Below, piece after piece: positions 1 through 10,224 of a stretch of DNA of 64,000 nucleotides. This DNA comes from Haplodiscus bocki (lineage: Eukaryota). The translations under genes were made by a program, and so were the position numbers. Location of the stretch: positions 104,346,001-104,410,000 of the forward strand of contig OZ296648.1 of assembly GCA_965655095.1 (NCBI GenBank), in the 5' to 3' direction. Position 1 is the stretch's first letter. Each line of letters opens with the position of its first letter. Under the pieces are notes generated by a model. That model was not told the origin of the DNA. It did not search any database and saw only the letters and a program-made list of their open reading frames with translations.

Positions 1-1194
1 AGCGAAGAAAAGCCTTTCCAAACACCAACACTGGAGAGGTCATTTTCGCTTTAAATTGAAAAACTTCGTTTGAAGATCAAAATTTCCCCACCTAATTGAC
101 AGATTTTTTCGAGCTCTGCAGAAACGTTACAAAAAACTCTAATTTATGACAAGCTTTTTTTGGTTGCGGTCCGGAAATGCTTTGATAGTTTTCTTTGCGA
201 GAAACTTGAAAAATGAGCTGATTTTCGTCAATTTGACCAAAGTTGTCACGTTACAGGTCCCTTTATTCCACATGTAGGCCTCGAGAGTGCCTCAAATTTG
301 CACAGATTTCACAAAGAGACTGCTCTATCAGGCACTAAAATTTATTTGTGCTCCCACCTCTTAAGTTATTCCTAAGAAAAAAAACCTGAAAAAGGAGCTA
401 ATTCTGTCAACTGGGACGATATGTCATCAAATAAGTCATTTGTTTCATTGAAGGCTCTAAACTGCCTGACTTCTGCTCTGACCTAAAAAAGGATTTCTTC
501 CATCATACACAAAATTTTGGCTGCAGTTCGATTTTTTCATATTTGCAAAAGAGACTTGAAAATCGAGCTAATTTCAGCTACTTTGACGTTATTTGTCATT
601 AAAAGTCGTTCAATTCCGCATGTAGGGAACCAAACGGCTTCAATTTTCGACACGCTCCACAATAGTCCTCTTTTGCTATCACAAACTTCAGTTGGGGTCC
701 CACAATTCGATTTGTTCTGCAAAAGAAACTTGAAAATAACTTTTTCGGTATTTCGATGATTTCACGGGTTTAAGATCTTTCATTTTGGCACATAGCTCTT
801 CAATTCACTTCAATTCTAAAAGACGATAATAAGAATGTCCAAATCCATCATAGTAGCATGGTTTTCATATAAGAGCAAAAACACCCCCAAAGCTACTCGA
901 TTCTTCAAAAAAATTTTTCCCCAATCCCAAGTATTTACAAAGTTTTGTTTTAAAAAAAAATTACACTGAAAATTATAGTTGACAAAGCATATCTACTTAG
1001 GACATCCCCATTTTTTGGAGGGATGGATGAAAATACAGGCGAAAGTATTGAAATAAGTGCATATATGCATGTAAGTTTCTATTTTGCAGCTTTACTTTTA
1101 TGAGATTTTTTCAGGAAAATTGAGTAGCTATGGGGGTGCTGCTCCTCTGATTTCAACATCATATTACTATTAAGGAGAGTTTTGGCTATAAAAT

Positions 1195-1465
1195 AAATGA
1201 TAAAACCAAGTTTGGTGGCAATCCAAGTACTGTTTCGTGTAAAAAAATTTTGTGTTTAAAGTTGATACCATCAATATTCAAAGTAAAAAAATCAAAGTTA
1301 CGTGTGTCAATCAAAACGAGCAAAAAGCCAAGGTTGGTGTCCAGCCAAAGGCTCATTCATATAAAAAACGACTTTTAGCGTTAGTTCAACTATTAATCGA
1401 GTAAATAAAACTAAGCTAGGTGTGTAGATCCAAGTGAGTAAAAACTAAGGTAAGTTACTATCCAA
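1195..1465. repeat. Degenerate minisatellite-like tract
   Basis: Recurring AAAA(C/G)CAAG(T/G)TTGGTG..ATCCAAGT-like units at ~1201, ~1290, ~1324, ~1407 and ~1441. Confidence 0.4.
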
Positions 1466-2859
1466 TTATTTTTCAAGATTGATTTCTTTTGATAAAAGAA
1501 AAAAAAAACAAAATTAAAAATGCTATGTTGAAGTCTTTGCAAAGTTTATTTTATCGAATAAAAAAATTGATCTACATAACTTGAAAAGAATTATTTTACT
1601 GAAAATAACAAGCAAAAAGATGAGTTTCGTTCAAAATTGTTGAAAACTTAATTAGCGGGGGAACACCTAAACACGGAATTAATGAAAATTTGTATGGTAG
1701 AAGATATGAGTTTAAACATTATGAAACCTATGACAATGTTAATATATTAAATAACAAAACACCTTGAGAAAAATATGAATTCATAAGGTAAAACTAAAAG
1801 TGATCAAATTAAGTATAGTTGGTATCTTGAAAATATAAGTTTACTATTTATATAGGAAATTTGATAAAAGAATACTAAATTTGATTGAAAGAACATTCAT
1901 AAAAACATGAAACTTAGATATGAATTAGATATAGTATCACATTTTTTGAAAAGCAAATATTTCTAAATTAACAAAGACAATCAGCGAATCACATAGGATG
2001 TTCTGATTCGACGAGAAAATATATAAAAGATATGAATAGGGAGAGCCCATATAACACAAATAAAATTTGAAGAAAAAATAAGAACCCCCAAGGACCTCCC
2101 CGATGACCTCTTCAAAACTCAAAGGTGTAAAATACATAAGAGGTAACCGCGAATTGTCATATTAGTATCACTGAATACTTAAATTCAAGAAAAATGAACA
2201 TATCAAGAACTGCTGAAGTTAGCAAAAACAGCTTGTATCAATCGATAAAACTGAAAACAAAAACCCAATTTAAAAGATTATCACACTTAATCGTTCATAA
2301 CACAAGCTAAAATGCGAGAAGAGTTAATAACAATGAAGCCCCCGTTTTAAAAAACATCAAAGCTGATGGGAGCTGATAACATAGAATTAACAACTGAAAA
2401 ATAAGTATTAAAAAATAGAAGAGAGTACGCGGAAAAATGGTTACAGGAAGCTAGAGCAAAACGTTAAAAGATGAAGATGACAAAAAGAGCTATTTTATCA
2501 TGGAGAAAATAAAAAACCAATTATCAAAAGCAAGAACTTTTTGGAATTAACTTCATTTGAAAAATTAAAAGAATGAGTACTGATAAAAATAGTAGACTAG
2601 AGGATGATATTGATGAGAAAAAATCACTAAGATACAGACTAAAGAAAAATCACTAGATCATCATATTAAACTATTAGAAGATTCAGTTTCTTGAAAACAC
2701 GATAGAATAACAACACACTACCCTAAAATAGAAAATGAAGGTGTAGTGGACAAAGAAAGTTTAGGTTTAAACGTAGAATCTCAAGTATATAAAAAAGATT
2801 TGCAAATACATTTGGAACGATTAGAATCTCAAAGATATAAAACAGAAGAATTTGAGTTA

Positions 2860-4190
2860 TACCTAAAAAAGCATAGAATACCAACTATTTATTTCTACGA
2901 TCACAAAATAGTTTATTACCTGGTCTTTGTTCTGTTGGTCTTGTTTTTTTTCATATAGTCAGATTATTCATAAACTGGACGTTTTCAACTTTCTGGACCA
3001 AATGGGAAAAAAAGACAATCTTTTATGCCTTTCCTGAGCACCTTAAATCAACTTCTATAGCTTATCCCGTATGAGCACTATGTGAAGTAGAGGGTAGTTC
3101 TTCTACAGAGTAGTAGTATTATTAAACTTTATTTTTGCACATGGTGAAATTTGCGACAAACAAAGACCATATATATTATCTGCAACTTTAAATAATAAAT
3201 TTATAACCCCTCAGAAACTATATACCTAATACCCATAACTCCAGATGTTCTACATTATAGAGCAAATTCAAATCTAATGAAAAATTCTAGACTTTATATT
3301 CCCCAAATCAATTTTTGTTTATTTTAATCCAGCATTCCAAATATACGCAGTTAACCATCAAAAGTATAATGGATTATTCTCATCTTTAACATGTTTCATA
3401 AAAGTTTTTAAAAAACTCAGCTAAAAACGTAACATCCGAAGTACTATAAAACTCAATTATTTCCTTTCAGGACGTAATCCACTTACATTATTAACTAATG
3501 TTGTTAAATTTATTAGATGTATCTAATTTTTCATCACACGGTACACCTCCTGTTAATTTTGAGAAAAACCTTGTTTTCGAAGGTTTGTTATTGGTATATC
3601 AATCTATTTTCGTAAATATTTCATAGGGATAAGCTACGTTTCATGAAAAAACCATGTAATTCCTTAGCGGTCTTTTTTTGTGGAAAAAAAATGCTTCTTT
3701 CATGAAAATATTGATAATTTATCTCAACTACATTTTAAAACTCTAAATGAGGCAATAAAACTCAAACATACAAAATTCACAGGATCAAGGATTTCATTGG
3801 TTGTAGGAGTTTCATTTAATTCCACCAAATTAGGTCTACGGCTTATAAAATTTTTCAAAAAGCAAATGTGAATCACATTTATTGAAAGCATGGAAAAAAA
3901 TGGCATGAAAGATGGTTGAATTTCCTTAACAGTTCAAACATATGCTTCATCAGCTGCTCTTCACATTTTCCTGTCAAGCTAATCCTGTATTTTGAACCTA
4001 TTACGAAAACTATTGAAGATACAAATGAAAAACTAGTTGCGGCTTGCTCTCCAACTAAAGCAATAGAGAGATCCATTAAAGTAAAAAATTTATAAATCTT
4101 TTCAATTGGGAACATCGAAAACGACAGAAACCCACCCCACCCCCCCCCCCCCCCAAAAAAAAGTTTTGAGTCCAAAATGATCAAATGCAT
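2860..4190 (-). pseudogene. Protein-primed family-B DNA polymerase remnant, copy 1 (N-terminal/exonuclease to palm region)
   Basis: Manual minus-strand translation gives decayed pPolB motifs in order: LTGK (endonuclease-VII-like HLTGKYRGAAH region, ~3975), FFHAFNKCDSHLLF (FHNLxGYDxH, ~3870-3900), FVCLSFIASFRVL (FIDSxRF, ~3740-3780), AYPYE (~3620-3636), FYSTSDVTFLAEFF (YxxxDVxxLADVF, ~3410-3450), VADNIYGLCLSQISP (DANNLYGxAMSQxLP, catalytic Asp lost, ~3142-3190), and GYxxEVDL / FPFGPE (~2990-3070). Confidence 0.85.
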
Positions 4191-4259
4191 GAAGACTTAT
4201 TAGATCAACCATCAGCAAAGAAAAGTTCACCAAAGAAAAACCGATTCAAAACTAAACAC

Positions 4260-4745
4260 GATAGAAACTCCAGGGATAATAAATTGTCCATTTTAAGACT
4301 ATATCTTTTAAAATTAAAACACAATTTTCTTTTGTTATAAAACTGCAGATATGAACTAGATCTTCTACAAAAGATGAATAATTCAAAATTTGACAAAAAA
4401 CATTTCGTCAGATCGGAAAATATCAAAAATTTTTCTCGGAGAGAGGAAGCTTTCTGTTTCTTATACGGGTATTAAGTCTAGAGATCAAAAAGCCAGAGTA
4501 AGATAACTATATGAATTGTTGATCCACAGAAAAACAAAAGAATTTGAAGCAACATCAGCTTCAGGTTTAGTAACATTCAATTCAGAAAAACCAGATGAAA
4601 TATGCGATAGATGGCGTTTGATAACACAAGAAAAACGCAAAGTGGAAGAGATAGTAAGATTTGATGACGGATTCATTGCTAAAATTGATCAATAATTTGA
4701 ATTAAAATGCAATACTCCAACTCAACACCGAAACATTCAAATCCA
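4260..4745 (+). pseudogene. Conserved Polinton-type ORF remnant upstream of capsid (DPNELxDRLxLL-like C-terminal motif)
   Basis: 4558-4730 translates as ASGLVTFNSEKPDEICDRWRLITQEK...IAKIDQ*FELKCNTPTQH. This resembles the SSDPNELCDRLKLLLQEKQAGN motif recalled from Polinton/adintovirus hypothetical proteins. Confidence 0.55.
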
Positions 4746-4769
4746 TTTTAATCTAAATTAAGTAATAAC

Positions 4770-5985
4770 GTCAAAGTTATCTGAAAGATATGATGTAGAG
4801 AGATGAATTCTTAAATGTGATTAGAATCGCTATACACTTCCATCAGTAAATATAATAAACACTGTTAATTCTCAAATTGTTATTGATATAGCAAGAAAAG
4901 GTACAGTAAAATCTCCAAAAGATAGTTATTTAGATTTCCTCAACGAAAAAGTGAAAGACTTGTAGCTGCTGATAAAATTCGATTAGTTATATCAGGTCCA
5001 TTTGCTTAGTTTCGTGAAATAAAACTGACTAACAAAAGTGTAGGAAGTATGGATATCCTTGATGTACAAATTGTTAACAGCTAGTAAAGATGAAGAAGAA
5101 TTATCAAATGGATTTTGTAGGCTTCTCCAAAATCATACACAAGAATCAATCACCAAAAAAAGAATTAATGGAAAATTCAAGGTGAAGATTTTATCAAAAG
5201 ATGTTTTCGGTTTTGCTGAATATCGGGAGAATGCTACATATGGTTTAAGTTGAACATAAACAATGAAAAGAAATCATGAGATGTTGTTTCAAGTCGCGTC
5301 GAAGTAGAGGATGGGAAAACACTATGAAATATATTAGCTGGTATGTACATTACACTCGAAATATTACGCAACAAAACTTACTAAGCTAGAAGACCACAAA
5401 CAAAGCTCCACTGAAATGTTTTATATCCAAAGATCTGTTTTTGTAAGAGGTGTATAACAACAAAGTTATTGAATTTTTGAATTCAAGCTTAAAAATGTGG
5501 AACCGATGCTCCTATTTATGTGATAGTAGGATTCCAATAAAGGCAAAGATCCTCAACTCCTAAAAATAGATAACTCCCTCAAACCGATAGTTACTTTTGC
5601 GCCATGTAACATTGCGACAGGAAAAATCTACTTGATGCTACAAATTTTGATTTTGATGATCACGAACACTCTCAAGTTTATGAAGAAATTGAATCAGACT
5701 GTTGTTGCACACATTTAACTAAAGACAACATTCTTCAACCAAAGATATCCCAGAAAGATTTAGAACCAACAAAGTTGGTGAATAAGGTTTTGCTACTATT
5801 GATGTTGGATGAAAGTACATGACTTTAATATACGACACCAGAAAGCAATTCTTAACCTATAGGTGAAATTTGTTTTCCGAGAATGTCTAGGCTGTAGTTG
5901 GGTATGCATTAGTATTATTCACAAAACTAATAACAATTAGCAGTGATGGAAAAATTTCAGTTCCATGGTTCAGATTCAAATAGAT
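4770..5985 (+). pseudogene. Polinton/adintovirus-like major capsid protein remnant
   Basis: Reads ILKCD..RYT..INTVNSQIVIDI..DSYLDF, then the track ORF 5059-5253 (MYKLLTASKD...GKFKVKILSKDVFGFAEYRENATYGLS), then WYVH, TEMFYIQRSVF, PIYVIVGFQ, LTKDNILQP and GYALVL...ISSDG. This matches the order of motifs I recall for this capsid family. Confidence 0.75.
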
Positions 5986-6049
5986 TTATAAATTTTCCTT
6001 TGTCCTGAAAAGTTCATTGCTAATTTATCAACTTTTCGTGAAAACAATT

Positions 6050-7060
6050 TATGATTTTTATTTCTAATATGTATGTTATTTACATATTTTTTCAATCCCA
6101 TTAGACTTTATGATAATCTTCTAATTAAATTTCCCTTCTATACGATTTGGATATTGCTTTTAACTTTATTTTATTATGTTCAGAGTTACATTCAAATATG
6201 TAACCTTTTGCTTTTAATACGCATAAATCACCAATGCATTTACTTTAAGGGTTTTCTATCTAAGAAGTTCCAAAACTTTAATTTTATTACTATATGTGCG
6301 ATGAGTTTTATTCAAAGTACTAAAAACAAAAATCTTTCAATATCCTTAGGTTTTCATTCACGTCTTTTGTTTTGGTACTAAAAATGAATGAGTCAAAAAC
6401 CAAACATTGAAATTCTATAAATTGTAGATTGAAATATAGTTGTATTACTTTGGAAAAAATTTCCTACATTTATTTTGACAATTGAAAACACAGAAACCTA
6501 AAGATATTGGTTTATTAAACGTTTGTTTTTCAAAAGAACGACAATCGAAATATTAGCATAAGAAAATTCTATCTACAAATGGAGCTTCATTTTGTTCCTT
6601 TCAACGTTTTTCATAATCATCAGTTGATATTCCGATTTTTTTGTTAAGTACATTTTCCATTGTCTTTCCATAAAAGCATTGTTCAATCGTTCAAAAAACA
6701 CTTGCAGGAATATATCATTTGTTGCTGCTTTTTTTTGTATTTTTGGTGGTATATGGTTTCAAGGATGGTTTCTGTTGAAATTATGTTAATTGGTTACTTT
6801 CATTCCTTGAGAAACTAAAAATGACAACAAAGTAAAAAAATTCTTGAGTTTTATGGATACAGAGTACATTATTACCTGGTATATGATCTGTTGGTCTTGT
6901 TTTTCTTTCTTATAGTCACATTCTTCATAAACTGGACGTTTTCAAATCTCTGGACAAAAATTAAAAAAAAAACTTAAGTTTAGGCAATTTGTGAGTATCT
7001 TAAATCAACTTCTAAAGCATATCCAAGATAAGCATTATCTGGAGTGGAGGGGCTGTTTTG
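6050..7060 (-). pseudogene. Protein-primed family-B DNA polymerase remnant, copy 2 (palm to C-terminus)
   Basis: Minus strand reads GYALEVDLRY (~6995-7027), KPSLKPY, RLNNAFYGKTMENV (motif B, ~6649-6690), NKPISLGFCV (~6490-6520) and a decayed YxDTDS-like FDSF (~6385-6400). Many frameshifts. Confidence 0.85.
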
Positions 7061-7069
7061 GATTTTTGG

Positions 7070-8360
7070 ACTGGTATTTTCAACAGTTTCGCAAACAGGT
7101 CGCTTTCCGATTGTTCTTTCGAAATTTCGACGCTTTCAAAACCCCAAGAGTTTTTTGACGCAATGCATACTTCGAAAATTTGACGCTCTGAATAGTCTAA
7201 AGATTTCGACGCGATGAATACTTCAATTTATTTTCGACGCAATGAACAGTTAATTTGAATTCGATGCGATAAATAACCACCTTCGCTAATGATTCGTCGC
7301 AATACGAAACAAGACGTCCAGCTACCACCGGCTTAATTTTTTGCGCTCCAATTTTCATGAAAAGTACCTTTAAATGGATCAAAACTTTTTTCTCAAAATT
7401 ACTCTCTTCATGCTTTCTAAATTGAAAAATTTCAATTTTTTGCTTTAAAAAACTTTACAATTAAACTGGAAAGACGCGCATTTCAAAGCGAATTCACCAT
7501 CTTTACCGATTTTGAAAAAAAAACAGGTGTTTTTCCAAAAAAAAACAATTTCCAAAAATACTCAAATTGCTTACGTATTTGAGAAATCTTCATTTCAGTC
7601 GCACTTTACGGCAAATTTGCTATAATTTGTTGATAGTTTCAAATTCAGAATCTAGGCTGCCCAAATAATGGGTAAATGTAAAAAAACGCACCGCTTTGAG
7701 TGAATGATTTTCCTTCCATAACATTAAAATGGGCCGCAAAAAAATAGCAATGTCTAAATTATTATTCTCCGCCCATATTTATAACATGGAAGGAAAATCA
7801 TCCAATCAACGCGAACAATTTTCAACGTTTGTTTGCCAATTGAAAATGTCCGACAGCTCCGAATTTGAGAACTTTCATCACCAAATTATAGCAGATCTGC
7901 CCCAATGATGCCACTGAAATAATAAAATTTCTGAAAAACGTACGAAATTCGGGTTTTTTTTGAAAAACTTCCATTTTTGCAAAATCTGTAAAGGTTGCAA
8001 ATTTGCTGTAAAATGCGTATCATATGAAATTATTTCATGAAAACGTCTTTTTTCCACCTGAATTGAGAGCTGTTTCGCAGAAATCAAAAGAAATAATTTA
8101 AATTTTGGAAAAATTATCAAAATTTGCAAAAAATAGTATTTTCTTCGAAAAAAAAATTTTCATCTTTCTAAAAAGCATCTTTAGCAGAGCTTGAGGGCAG
8201 AAAATACGCCCCTGGTCCTTCGCCGTCTTGATTAACGAAACTATGCTGGATTCCCATCGCGTCCAACAATGAAAGTGTCGCAATTTTCGGAGCATCCAAT
8301 GTTTTCCTGGTCAATTTTCGACGCTTTGAATAGACTGCAATTTTTTGACCAGGGAAGTTC
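7070..8360. repeat. Older repeat with recurrent TTCGACGC motif, interrupted by the foldback element
   Basis: About seven TT(C/T)GACGC-like motifs at 7125-7300, and the same TTTCGACGCTTTGAATAG(A/T)CT-like motif again at ~8316-8336 on the other side of the insertion. Confidence 0.5.
7310..8230. mobile_element. Non-autonomous foldback/MITE-like palindromic element (921 bp)
   Basis: Ends are CAAGACG... and ...CGTCTTG. Internal arms are reverse complements, e.g. ATTTCAGTCGCACTTTACGGCAAATTTGCTATAATTTG (~7592-7629) vs CAAATTATAGCAGATCTGCCCCAATGATGCCACTGAAAT (~7882-7920), and ATGATTTTCCTTCCAT (~7704) vs ATGGAAGGAAAATCAT (~7786). Centre at ~7755. Confidence 0.8.
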
Positions 8361-8898
8361 AAAAATACTAGTTAATACTATTTTTCCGAAATTAATATAT
8401 TTCACAGTACGTGTTGAAAAATGAATAATTTTATATATCATATGTCAGGAAAATTCCCAATCAAACATTTCGTTATTTAGTTTTAGGCCACCCATATTAG
8501 TGGCCTCGAACAAAGGCACAGAGGATTCGAGATTCGTCGGGGGAAATTCTCCCCTGATTTTCAAAAAATGTTTTTCCACGACTCAACAAACGTTCAACTT
8601 TTGAAGTGCGATGAATTCACTTCAGATCGATGACTAATTATCACTGATTAACAAGTATATTTCATATCTCAGGATTGAAAATGAACAAATTTGATAAATA
8701 TTGCAATAAAATTTCAGAAAAAGTAATTTCGACGCCTTGGAAATTGTTTTTTAGGCGACGAATAGTCGGGTGGTCTGTCTCATTTGTCAAAAAGGAGTAG
8801 TAAAGAAAAATACGGATTTTTGAACCTTGCTCTAAAATCCGCAATTTTCGAGTACTACTATCTCCCCAAAAAAACACGCAAAAACTATCCTTCGAAAA

Positions 8899-8996
8899 AT
8901 ACCCATCATAAAATAAGTAATAAAACATGCTTTTCCTCAACGACTATACGTTCTTTCGTAAAAGCATGTTTTTTTTACTTATTATATGATGGGTAT
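8899..8996. repeat. Long inverted repeat (hairpin core, about 34 of 36 bp paired) present in every array unit; extends imperfectly 8878-9018
   Basis: ATACCCATCATAAAATAAGTAATAAAACATGCTTTT, a 25-nt spacer, then AAAAGCATGTTTTTTTTACTTATTATATGATGGGTAT. Confidence 0.9.
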
Positions 8997-9190
8997 ATTT
9001 GTGATAGATATTTTTGTAATGCACAAAAATTTACTTTTTTTCATCAATAAAATCATACACATACTTTACAGCAGTGTGATAAAGATATACTTTCTGCGTA
9101 CTTCATGCTGGATTATTTTGCATGCAAACACATTACTGGCCAATTCTATCGAACATTCCTGGTGAAGAACGTAATTTATTACGTTGTGTA

Positions 9191-9246
9191 CAGATTCTCT
9201 GGTGCACCATCTTTTCCCCTCCCGATGGCATACACCAGCGAATCTG
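9191..9246. other. 56-nt GC-rich stem-loop in the GC-richer island (9065-9350) of every unit; candidate structured RNA
   Basis: CAGATTC-T-CTGGTG-CA-CCATC [TTTTCCCCTCCC] GATGG-CATA-CACCAG-C-GAATCTG gives 7+6+5 Watson-Crick pairs. No RNA family recognised. Confidence 0.4.
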
Positions 9247-10224
9247 AGCTAATGCACCATAACTATCTGCTTGAGATGGGGGATAGGCTGACTAGGCCTT
9301 TCAGGTGACAATAACCAGTCGAAAATCCATAATTTGGCCTAAATCAGTATCAGTGTTTTTTTACCACATTGTCACAGTTGACAAACAAATGAATAAGAAA
9401 TTTTATTTTTACTTTTTTCAACTTTAAAATGTGAGATTTTTCAATTGACTCAATTGTAAAAATACAAAAACATCACTGCCTGTCAATTTATTCCTGGGTC
9501 AGGACTGATTTTTCGGAAGGATTGATTTTCAAAATACAATTTTGTGTAATTTCTTTGCCGCGTACTCACAAATCAGCATTTAGGTGAAGATTTCCGAGCG
9601 GCAGGAAAAGTGTAAAAAAAAAATAAAAAGATGATGATAGACTTCGATTTTTTTTCAATTCAGTGAAATAGGAGCAGTGCGAACGGTTTGTTGTTCTACA
9701 AAAATTTATTATTTTTATATAAATGTTCCATTTTCAAAAAAGGTCCATCAATGTCCCGTTTATGAATTAAAATTTTACATTCAATGCAAAAATATTAAGA
9801 GGTGAAATACTTTAACCTAAGTGAATTTTAGCATTTTCAAAATGATTTCGTGTACTTTCAGATTTTTTATTTTCCTTTTCAACATGAAAATCACCAAATT
9901 TACAGAAATAAAAGGTTTTCCTTACAAGTCTAAAAACTTTTACAAAATTATCTTTAGATAACAAATGACAAGCCAGAGGTGGATTAATAACAACTTGGCC
10001 AACAAGGCTACAAAACAAACTTCTCATATTACTTTTTCCAACAATTTTTTTAAATAAAAATAATTCCAATATCATTATATTTTGAAATTTTTCCTCTAAA
10101 TTTCTGATTAGGAGTTAGATTCCCTTCTATATTAGAATCTAATACAATTTTCTGAATACAATACCATCTCTTTCAATATTTAGAAACAACATTCAATTTT
10201 ATTGAAAAAAAAACATATTGGCAA

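Larger units (their letters stand above)
1500..7060. mobile_element. Degenerate Polinton/Maverick (adintovirus-like) endogenous viral element; boundaries approximate
   Basis: Remnants of pPolB (twice), major capsid protein and a conserved capsid-adjacent ORF occur together, all with stops and frameshifts. No terminal inverted repeats or integrase were recognised, and the left boundary is a guess. Confidence 0.8.

Noticed and set aside
1-900. Possible gene in ORFs 517-759 and 537-722
   Set aside because: No recognisable domain. The region has degenerate internal repeats (AAGAGACTTGAAAAT-like at ~198, ~549, ~722) typical of a non-coding dispersed repeat.
1520-2860. Additional viral ORF remnants
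   Set aside because: Looks like decayed coding DNA but I could not assign any motif, so it is left unannotated within the element.
9285-9345. Hammerhead core (CTGACTA...GAAA) or Sm site (CATAATTTGG)
   Set aside because: It does not match CUGAnGA and I could not form stems I/III. The Sm-like motif is short, common in AT-rich DNA and lacks snRNA context.
9065-9350. Alternative genetic code (TAR=Gln or TGA=Trp) opening the island reading frames
   Set aside because: Pseudogenes in the window also carry many frameshifts and stops at non-Gln/Trp positions, so ordinary decay explains the stops.
9582-9610. tRNA-like A-box (GAAGATTTCCGAGCGG)
   Set aside because: No B-box (GTTCGA) or cloverleaf downstream, and the motif is mutated in several units.
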